Source of the DNA: an uncultured virus (IMG/VR IMGVR_UViG_3300042450_001219)
Lineage: Duplodnaviria; Heunggongvirae; Uroviricota; Caudoviricetes
DNA length: 64,000 nucleotides
IMG/VR virus record: IMGVR_UViG_3300042450_001219
Strand: one strand, 5' to 3'
Part shown: in pieces, positions 57,222 through 64,000 of the stretch
How the letters are laid out: the number at the start of each line of letters is the position of its first letter
Position numbering within the stretch: the first letter of the stretch is position 1
Made by a program: the position numbers and the translations under genes
Notes under the pieces: model-generated
The model's database searches: none
Told to the model about the DNA's origin: nothing
Seen by the model: the letters and a program-made list of their open reading frames with translations, nothing else

Positions 57222-59008
57222 ACTATTTCCATTCCACTTAGTGCATCATAAAGATCTCTTGGCATTTGAGAAGGCGCTCTAATTAGATTAGGGGCATCAG
57301 CTGCTATAGATTCCCTATACTGTTTCTTGACAGATGAATAATCATGAACTTCTATGTCTCCAAACGCCGCCCTAGTTAAACTAATTGCATTATAGATTGA
57401 CCCGCAAACTGCGTCAGCTAAGTCCTTAGAACCTTTTCTAGGGTGGTCTACCTTATCTCTCATAATTCTTAGCTCTAGCAATTCATCAACAAGCAATGGT
57501 ATGTGGGGTCCATTTAATCTTTCTTCCAATACAACCATAGCCATGTCATCATAATGTTTTTTAGCTACAGATAAGGTCTCCGTATTAATTCCATACTGTT
57601 TTAGCTGCTGCATCATATCATGAGAGTTCCATCTGTCAAATGTACATATCCTGATATTAAAACCTCTTGATCTTAAAGATAATATGTAATCTCTTACCTC
57701 TCCAAAGTCTACAGACTTATCCGAAGTAGGAGTCCAATACATTACGGCATCCACCTTAACAATTGGCGCTGGCTGTGAGTATGTGTCAGTAACCTTTACG
57801 CTAACAAACTTTTCAATATGGGCCATAGAAACGGCACAGTGGTCATGCTTCTGAGCTAAGTCAACGTGTATAAAATACTCTGTGTCATCTTTTGGGTTAA
57901 ACCATTCTTCAAATCTTCCAAATCCATCTACAGCTAATGATAAATCGTTAAACGCCATCTCAATTTTTTCACGTGATTTAAAGAAAGCGTCAATTGCTTC
58001 TGGCGGCATGCAGGCAAATCTTCCTAGTGCATCTGTAACATCTCGGTAGAAAGCAATCTTAAAATCTTCAATACTTCTGGTTGGGTTAACCTCCCATGTT
58101 GGTCTACGTATCGCATAAACCCTAGGATACTTATAAGAAATAATTTGGTCTTCATCCCAAAAGATTTCAAATTCGTTGCCTACAGTATTATCTGGTAACT
58201 CTGGGTCTAATTTAAACTTATGAGACCTAGATATAATTTCTTTTTCAGATATAATGTTGTCATATCTTTGCTGGATATAGTCATTCTTAAATCTTGGGAA
58301 AGAAAGAAGTATAACCTTGCCATAATCTGGGAAACGAGAATCAACAGATGCCCTGTACATGTCGTAGATTCCGCTAGCAGTCTTTGCTTGATCATGTCCG
58401 CTGGTGCTATCTAGGGCAAAGCCAGAAATTTCATCAAGCACTGCAACAAGAACGTTGTAGCCTTCGAACGCTTCTCTTTCTGAGTGTCCAGAGTATACTG
58501 TTACATTCTTATCAAATTTAATTTCAGAAGCTTTTTCAAAGTATCTTCCAGCAAACCAGGGTGAGTGTGTTACCCTATTCTTAAATCCTTTAAAGAAAAC
58601 GTTGTTTGCTTGCTGGGCGTTAATAGCAATGTTAATGATATCGATTGAGTCACCTGGAGGCTTGCCATAATACGAGGCAGGATCTTTTAGGCACAATAGT
58701 AAATAAACTATATAGGCCACAGATATAGTAGAGCAGTAGTCTTTACCGCTTCCCTTGCCTAGTTGGGCTACAACTTCGTTGCAGGTCTGCCTATATCTAA
58801 GAGAACCTTCCTCTTCGCCAAATAGCTTAATCAAAGTTGATTCTTTATATATCTGAGATGATTTTTCTATAAGAGTATATTGATGATCAGATAGTCCTGG
58901 TAATCCTAAGTAATCTTTATCTGTTACAAAAGTTTTAAGATCTACTGGTCTTTCATCAAACTCTTCGCCATCTAAGATGTCAATTAGATCATTAAAATCA
59001 AACTCCAC
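57218..59008 (-). CDS. terL: Terminase large subunit
   Basis: Walker A GKGSGKD, Walker B VAVLDE, nuclease motifs HVDLA/DRWNS/KDLADA; GTG start likely. Confidence 0.88.
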   Translation of the reverse strand: MEFDFNDLIDILDGEEFDERPVDLKTFVTDKDYLGLPGLSDHQYTLIEKSSQIYKESTLIKLFGEEEGSLRYRQTCNEVVAQLGKGSGKDYCSTISVAYIVYLLLCLKDPASYYGKPPGDSIDIINIAINAQQANNVFFKGFKNRVTHSPWFAGRYFEKASEIKFDKNVTVYSGHSEREAFEGYNVLVAVLDEISGFALDSTSGHDQAKTASGIYDMYRASVDSRFPDYGKVILLSFPRFKNDYIQQRYDNIISEKEIISRSHKFKLDPELPDNTVGNEFEIFWDEDQIISYKYPRVYAIRRPTWEVNPTRSIEDFKIAFYRDVTDALGRFACMPPEAIDAFFKSREKIEMAFNDLSLAVDGFGRFEEWFNPKDDTEYFIHVDLAQKHDHCAVSMAHIEKFVSVKVTDTYSQPAPIVKVDAVMYWTPTSDKSVDFGEVRDYILSLRSRGFNIRICTFDRWNSHDMMQQLKQYGINTETLSVAKKHYDDMAMVVLEERLNGPHIPLLVDELLELRIMRDKVDHPRKGSKDLADAVCGSIYNAISLTRAAFGDIEVHDYSSVKKQYRESIAADAPNLIRAPSQMPRDLYDALSGMEIV

Positions 59009-59534
59009 TGACTTCCTCAATAATCTCTATAGGCTCAACAATTCCAGTAATCTGAGATAAACGTTTAGCAACTTCCATCTTACACTTTGGGCATGACGCC
59101 GTCACTTCTTTTAATATTTTTACTAATACTTCTTGCTTTCTTTCTGACTCTGCAATCTGTCCTGCAAGCTCTGCGTTGTCAAGTAAGCCAACTTCTTGGA
59201 GCATGCCAATTCTTTTACCTTCAATATCAGCAATTAGTTTTAGCGCTCCAGATTTAACACTAAGCTGACCAGCCTGATCTGCATCCTCAACTGTTTTCCA
59301 AGCTTCTTTGATAAGCATTGCGTAGTGTTGGTCTGCTCCAGAGATAGCCTCTTTAGCACGTTCACGGGCTGATGTGTCGTTGTGTACGACGTTCTTCCAC
59401 TCATCTATCAACGCAACAACATCCGCCCTCTTAAGGCCTGTTAGTGTGGCAATTTGGGTAGGGTTATTTCCTCTAAGTAGTTCTTCAACTACTTTGTTCA
59501 TGCGATCAAAGTGATCAGCTAATTCAATTTCCAT
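58998..59534 (-). CDS. HTH protein, terminase small subunit candidate
   Basis: N-terminal HTH; directly upstream of terL. Confidence 0.55.
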   Translation of the reverse strand: MEIELADHFDRMNKVVEELLRGNNPTQIATLTGLKRADVVALIDEWKNVVHNDTSARERAKEAISGADQHYAMLIKEAWKTVEDADQAGQLSVKSGALKLIADIEGKRIGMLQEVGLLDNAELAGQIAESERKQEVLVKILKEVTASCPKCKMEVAKRLSQITGIVEPIEIIEEVSGV

Positions 59535-59551
59535 ATGACTTTATTATACTT

Positions 59552-59911
59552 CTAGTCGACTGAAATAGCAAATTCCTTAGCAACCTTTAATAATATAAGA
59601 TATCCAATAAGGTCATCAATATCATTATCTCCTGGATAATCTTCACCCTTAATTAATCTATTTAGCTTATCATCAATTCTTACATATAGCTGCTCTTTTG
59701 GTCCCGCCTTTGAAAATATGCGAACTGGATCTAAGGCAGAGTTTCCGTATGAAATATTCTTTTTAATCAGCATGTGAGCAATTTCAAGACAGGTATTTAA
59801 AATTTCGTGGCCCGCTTCAGTTCCAACTGTAAGCATATAAAGATCATCAAACCTAAACTCTTTTGAATCTTCAAAAATTGGGGTTAGCTTAATTTTTATT
59901 ACCGCCTTCAT
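59552..59911 (-). CDS. Nucleotide-modification-associated (DUF1599/Nmad1-like) protein
   Basis: KKNISYGNS, VRIDDKLNRL, DLIGYLIL; start uncertain. Confidence 0.65.
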   Translation of the reverse strand: MKAVIKIKLTPIFEDSKEFRFDDLYMLTVGTEAGHEILNTCLEIAHMLIKKNISYGNSALDPVRIFSKAGPKEQLYVRIDDKLNRLIKGEDYPGDNDIDDLIGYLILLKVAKEFAISVD

Positions 59912-60521
59912 TAAATGTAAATCTTCCAACCAAGGAAGATCTGGGTTCATCATTGGAAAGTTTATGCTCAACTTCTTCTTTAAAAAACAAACAGTCTCCT
60001 GGCTCAAGAAAGTACGTCTCGTCAAGATCAATTCTTTTATCTCTTAAGTACCAATGGTTGATTCCCTTTAATTGAATAATGCATGTGTGCCAACTATGGG
60101 ATTCATACGGGACAAACTTATCTGAAAGAGAAATCTTTAAAGAGTTGAAGTCTGATTCTATACTAAGCTTTTTATCAATGCTTTTAATTTGATTGTATAA
60201 AGATTCAGAAAGTCTAGTATTAATATCTTTAGCAGAAAAGAATAAAGAAAAGAAAAATGTGGCGTCAGATTCAATTTTAGGCTGCGGGATAGGAGCATCA
60301 TCGTATACAACTTTTTTTACGGCAAGCATGTTCTTATAAGGAATCTCAAACTCAGGCGGGTTAACAAATTTTTGATGCTCCCCCGTGCTTCTTGAAGCCA
60401 TGTTTAACATTTTTAAAATCTTTTCCCAATCTGGCAAATCACTAACACAATCTTTTATATGGGCTACACCGTTATTATTCCATTGCTTATAAAAATCTTC
60501 TTTGAGCGAGTCTACGTTCAT
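59889..60521 (-). CDS. Cupin/JmjC-like protein
   Basis: QLKGINHW...LEPGDCLFF..EVEH...PRSS. Confidence 0.65.
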   Translation of the reverse strand: MNVDSLKEDFYKQWNNNGVAHIKDCVSDLPDWEKILKMLNMASRSTGEHQKFVNPPEFEIPYKNMLAVKKVVYDDAPIPQPKIESDATFFFSLFFSAKDINTRLSESLYNQIKSIDKKLSIESDFNSLKISLSDKFVPYESHSWHTCIIQLKGINHWYLRDKRIDLDETYFLEPGDCLFFKEEVEHKLSNDEPRSSLVGRFTFNEGGNKN

Positions 60522-60658
60522 TTAATTAAACCTTTTTCTTTTAATGCTCTATATATGGTCATAACCGTTACGCCACATTCGCTAGCAATTTCTTCCATAC
60601 TTTTCCTTTGGATGACATATCTTCTATGTAGCCAGTCTTTATTCTTGTACAATTTCAC
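60518..60658 (-). CDS. Small HTH protein (46 aa)
   Basis: Not in the track; KSMEEIASECGVTVMTIYRAL. Confidence 0.65.
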   Translation of the reverse strand: MKLYKNKDWLHRRYVIQRKSMEEIASECGVTVMTIYRALKEKGLIK

Positions 60659-61221
60659 CTCTTTGTCAACACTTCATTTGCGTAATGGGCGATACCAAAA
60701 CTATCTGCGACGTCAAAATCAATTACATTTAATCCATACTTCTTGTTAAAATAATCAGCAGTTCTTTGCTTTCTCATGTTACGCAATTTGTTTTTATACC
60801 ATGAGTCTGCGTATCCTGGGTTTAACAATCTTATTGCTTCCTTCTCATCTTTGGTTGGATTCTTGTTTCCTATATGTGCCTGCCAAGAGCTGGGTGATAT
60901 AGTTATGACAGAGGCACCAGTAGACATAAGCTCGGCAATCACAACACCATAGACATATGACAATTTTATCACAGCATCTGGTGATCTGACAAGTATGGCT
61001 CCTTCAACTGCTATATAGTCTGACTTAAGCTCATCAAGCATGAGGGCTGTTTTTACTTTAGCATCGTATATCTTTTCATATATATCATTGCCGAGTATGA
61101 TTATCTTGCCCCACTTTATTGGCTTGTTGTTTTCCATTAGACAGAATGCAACCGAAGATGTTGAGGCATCTATGCCCAGCACCCTACTAGCTTTAGTCTT
61201 GGCTAATTTGGCCAGAGTCAT
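60655..61221 (-). CDS. ruvC: RuvC-like Holliday junction resolvase
   Basis: LGIDAS, IAVEG, DVADSFGIA. Confidence 0.8.
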   Translation of the reverse strand: MTLAKLAKTKASRVLGIDASTSSVAFCLMENNKPIKWGKIIILGNDIYEKIYDAKVKTALMLDELKSDYIAVEGAILVRSPDAVIKLSYVYGVVIAELMSTGASVITISPSSWQAHIGNKNPTKDEKEAIRLLNPGYADSWYKNKLRNMRKQRTADYFNKKYGLNVIDFDVADSFGIAHYANEVLTKR

Positions 61222-61492
61222 TTAGCATCCTTAACACTTTTTCTTTATCTGAAGTTGATATGCTTTTGTCGCACTTAGCACATACAGTTGACGTGTTATA
61301 TCTACTTAAAATAGAGTTACACTTCTTACAGTGTCTTTTTTGTCCAGATCTTATAGCTTTTTTCTCATAATATTTTTCCATAATCTTTTTGTTTGTTGCT
61401 ACCCTACAGCATTCATCGCAGCAATACTTTTGATTATGAGTTTTTGGCTCAAAGTTTTTATCGTTAAGACAATCTGAATTGGCGCAAATCAC
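61193..61492 (-). CDS. Cys-rich Zn-binding hypothetical protein
   Basis: Several CxxC pairs. Confidence 0.65.
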   Translation of the reverse strand: MICANSDCLNDKNFEPKTHNQKYCCDECCRVATNKKIMEKYYEKKAIRSGQKRHCKKCNSILSRYNTSTVCAKCDKSISTSDKEKVLRMLNDSGQISQD

Positions 61493-62280
61493 AGCGTAGG
61501 TACCTTAAATCTTTCTATTTGAACTGTTCCAGTAGGAGTTTCTTTAGAGTAGCATTGCTTTTTAATTGGGCAATAGGTGCAAGGCATCTTTGTTTTTGTA
61601 GCACCTTCTGGCTTCATTGGAAGATCGCCATCCTTAAAGTTATCCCAAACTTCTCTCATCCAAATAAATGTATCCTCAATAATCTTTTTATTTTTGTCAT
61701 TCATAACTACTGGAATAATAAGTATCTCTTGAGTGTTCTTATTCTCGTACAAGAAGAAGCCTTCTTTTGCATCCTTAAGCTTCATATATGTTAAAAGCTG
61801 AAGCAAATGGTTTGCTGAAGGGCTCATCTCTGCCTGCCTTGCATCCCAAACTTCTTGCTTTGCAGTTTTAATTTCTCCAATTACAGTCTCATCATCATAC
61901 TTCATGATAAGGTCTATAAATCCACGGATTGGAGGGTACTCGTTAATAATTTCTTCTTCTTCTGCAACCCATTGAGGCATTGTTTTAATTAGATTCTGTA
62001 GCCTTTCATGCGCTTGTGTTCCTTGTGCCATGTTTGCAACTGCAACAGCATCATTGTTATCAATAAATACTGCTCCTGAAAACGCCATGTACCAATATCT
62101 TGGGCAAGTTCCATGACCATATCCAAGCGAGCTTGGGCTAAATGATTTCTTTGTCATTTCTCCATCAGCTCTTTTGGTATTCCTGTAGGACTCATCAAGC
62201 ATTTCTGCAAAGCCTTCAGGGTCAAAGAACTTCCCTGTGTGCTTTTTAAACTTTAAGTTCTTTACTATATTTCTTCCCAT
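61489..62280 (-). CDS. Cas4-like PD-(D/E)XK exonuclease
   Basis: CPR, GFIDL, GEIKT, QLLTY, CTYC....C. Confidence 0.82.
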   Translation of the reverse strand: MGRNIVKNLKFKKHTGKFFDPEGFAEMLDESYRNTKRADGEMTKKSFSPSSLGYGHGTCPRYWYMAFSGAVFIDNNDAVAVANMAQGTQAHERLQNLIKTMPQWVAEEEEIINEYPPIRGFIDLIMKYDDETVIGEIKTAKQEVWDARQAEMSPSANHLLQLLTYMKLKDAKEGFFLYENKNTQEILIIPVVMNDKNKKIIEDTFIWMREVWDNFKDGDLPMKPEGATKTKMPCTYCPIKKQCYSKETPTGTVQIERFKVPTL

Positions 62281-62618
62281 TACAAATTATACCTAACGAC
62301 ATACTTAAGTGCATCTACAAGTTTGTCTATGGACTCCTTTGCTGAGTAATATATATTCTTTTTATTATTGTTTGTTGTTCCAGCTTTATCTTTTGCTATT
62401 GTTGAATAGTAAGAAGCCATCATGGCAAACTTAGTGGACATGGCCTGAAGCTCAATAATAAGTTGTGGTGCTTTAGCAGCAGGAACATCTGGGTTCAATA
62501 AAAGCTTTACTATAACAGCCAATGCCCTATCTAATTGAGCATCATTCATGTACTCATGCAGATCATTGAACTCAGTTATAGAGTTTATTAACTCTAATGT
62601 GTTTTTATCTTCTGTCAT
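62280..62618 (-). CDS. Hypothetical protein
   Basis: ORF. Confidence 0.7.
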   Translation of the reverse strand: MTEDKNTLELINSITEFNDLHEYMNDAQLDRALAVIVKLLLNPDVPAAKAPQLIIELQAMSTKFAMMASYYSTIAKDKAGTTNNNKKNIYYSAKESIDKLVDALKYVVRYNL

Positions 62619-62708
62619 TTTTAATCTTCTTGTCCCATTTATCCATTAAAAGTCCCATGCCGTAGCCGACCACAAAACCAATCATTGCTCCTAAAGTAAA
62701 CATTATCA

Positions 62709-62864
62709 TTATATCAGCCTTTGAACAAGTCCGTACCCAAGCCAAAGCCCAAAGATACCCATAAGCCCAGAGAATACTGGCGGAGCTGGAATAGGAAGTT
62801 TAAACAAACTAAATATTCCGCCCACTCCAATTCCTACTACTGTTGTAAGAATTATCTCTTTCAT
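62709..62864 (-). CDS. XapX/DUF1427-like small membrane protein
   Basis: Not in the track; FKLPIPAPPVFSGLMGIFGLWLGY. Confidence 0.7.
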   Translation of the reverse strand: MKEIILTTVVGIGVGGIFSLFKLPIPAPPVFSGLMGIFGLWLGYGLVQRLI

Positions 62865-63256
62865 TAAAATGGAACCTCTGCATAAGTTTTATATGATGGG
62901 AACTGATCATTATTTGGCGCCTTATCCTTAGATAAAGTATAAGCTGTTACAGAAATCGAATCAGCATTAATTTCATAAGATGTTCTATTTACGCCTTCTT
63001 TGTCTGTCCAGCTTTCTTCGTAAATCTTTCCTACAATAATAACTTCCATGCCCTTTTTAATTACAGACTTTGATTGCGCTGCAAGTGTGCGCCAAGCCTT
63101 GACTGTCCACCAAGAGGTGTTCTTGTCTTCCCACTCTCCAGTGGTGTCATTCTTAACGCGATCATTTGTTGCAACTCTAAAACGAAGACCATTTGATCCT
63201 ACAGTTTCTGGTTCGCTACCAACTCTGCCTACGATTGTAATCATTGGATTAGCCAT
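62864..63256 (-). CDS. ssb: Single-stranded DNA-binding protein
   Basis: ITIVGRVGSEPE, FRVATN, KGMEVIIVG, C-terminal VPF. Confidence 0.88.
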   Translation of the reverse strand: MANPMITIVGRVGSEPETVGSNGLRFRVATNDRVKNDTTGEWEDKNTSWWTVKAWRTLAAQSKSVIKKGMEVIIVGKIYEESWTDKEGVNRTSYEINADSISVTAYTLSKDKAPNNDQFPSYKTYAEVPF

Positions 63257-63557
63257 TTTTATTTTCCTCCCAAAATGCAATCAGCTCTTCTAGAACTGAC
63301 CACTCTATGATTCCAAGACGAACCTTGGAATCCTCACCGATAATAATTTTAAGTGCTGGATGCATATCCCTGCTTACCTTAAAAGTATCTGTACATATTT
63401 TAGCCCATACATCTTTATTTAAATTAAATGATGATTTAGACTCTTTGTAATCTACTACAAAGCTTTTCCATTTTGCATCACCTTTTTGATAAGCGCCTCT
63501 ACCGCTATTCTTTTGTGCTTTAGCGCCATCTCTTTTTACTTCTGCTCTTTCTGACAT
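63249..63557 (-). CDS. Putative Holliday junction resolvase/PD-(D/E)XK nuclease
   Basis: NSGRG..KGDA...VDYKE. Confidence 0.6.
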   Translation of the reverse strand: MSERAEVKRDGAKAQKNSGRGAYQKGDAKWKSFVVDYKESKSSFNLNKDVWAKICTDTFKVSRDMHPALKIIIGEDSKVRLGIIEWSVLEELIAFWEENKNG

Positions 63558-63751
63558 CAGTTTAGCTTGTACCTTGTTTCATGCCCATCTGGACATTTCC
63601 AATACATTTCTAAAGTTACCTGATTAAAATTATAAAACGGAGAAGACAGTTTGCATTTACTGCATGGTCTTTCCTGATCTATTCTTTCAACTCGGCCATC
63701 CTGAATGTCTTCTGGTTTAGAAGTAAAAAACTCATTAATTTTTGGCATCAA
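63557..63751 (-). CDS. Small Zn-ribbon protein
   Basis: CSKC...CPDGH. Confidence 0.6.
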   Translation of the reverse strand: MMPKINEFFTSKPEDIQDGRVERIDQERPCSKCKLSSPFYNFNQVTLEMYWKCPDGHETRYKLN

Positions 63752-64000
63752 TTTCTTTCCTTATGTCTTCAAGTACTTCTTTGTTGTCACGCAGATATTG
63801 AACAGCCTTTGCACGTCCCTGAATTCTTTCTTTATTAATAGTATACCAAGCTCCGCCTTTTTCAATAGCTCCGCACATCTCTGCAACGTCTAACGTTTCT
63901 CCAACGTAATCTATACCAAGAGCTTCCCCTTGGTAGTAAAAGTCGTATTGTCCTGATAAATTTGGGGGGCCCACCTTGTTGTAATCAACAATCCAGTTAA
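63735..64000 (-). CDS. recA: RecA-like recombinase, C-terminal part (partial)
   Basis: NKVGPP...GID...IEKGGAWY...QGR..AV.YL. Confidence 0.8.
   Translation of the reverse strand, partial: NWIVDYNKVGPPNLSGQYDFYYQGEALGIDYVGETLDVAEMCGAIEKGGAWYTINKERIQGRAKAVQYLRDNKEVLEDIRKEIDAKN

Noticed and set aside
1..64000. Alternative genetic code or stop-codon recoding
   Set aside because: Recognisable genes are full length in the standard bacterial code, and no suppressor tRNA was seen.

Overview
This window is a 64 kb internal segment of a large, AT-rich tailed phage (Caudoviricetes). The host is almost certainly an actinobacterium, probably a freshwater acI/Nanopelagicales-like one, judging by WhiB, an Lsr2-like domain, leaderless genes and an acI-style secreted protein. 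From left to right it holds: a minus-strand virion/tail-fibre module (1-10.4 kb); a class II RNR and a transglycosylase; a roughly 13 kb plus-strand island of tiny putative early genes (17.3-29.3 kb); a long minus-strand accessory region (2OG-Fe(II) oxygenases, GT60-like glycosyltransferase, sulfotransferase, radical SAM, GroES, Dps, thioredoxin, WhiB, CHAP lysin, PstS, Hsp20, APS-kinase fusion, AhpC/D, tRNAs); then terminase and recombination genes (RuvC, Cas4-like nuclease, SSB, RecA). The most striking signal is non-coding. The island carries 14 copies of a TGTCAG-N10-TAnnnT promoter matching the actinobacterial PafBC/RecA-NDp DNA-damage promoter. It is also studded with consensus sites for host chromosome and cell-cycle regulators: a parS palindrome, paired DnaA boxes 21 bp apart, CRP boxes, GACAC (WhiA-type) motifs and a MraZ-type triple repeat. 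Most of these sit in a repeated modular cassette, and a 27-28 bp inverted repeat brackets the island. Other candidates are a three-copy covarying mini-pseudoknot RNA, three unannotated MCxxCxC peptides beside a radical SAM enzyme, a stand-alone Lsr2 DNA-binding domain and a tRNA-Ile(UAU). All family calls come from motif recognition by eye; no database searches were run.
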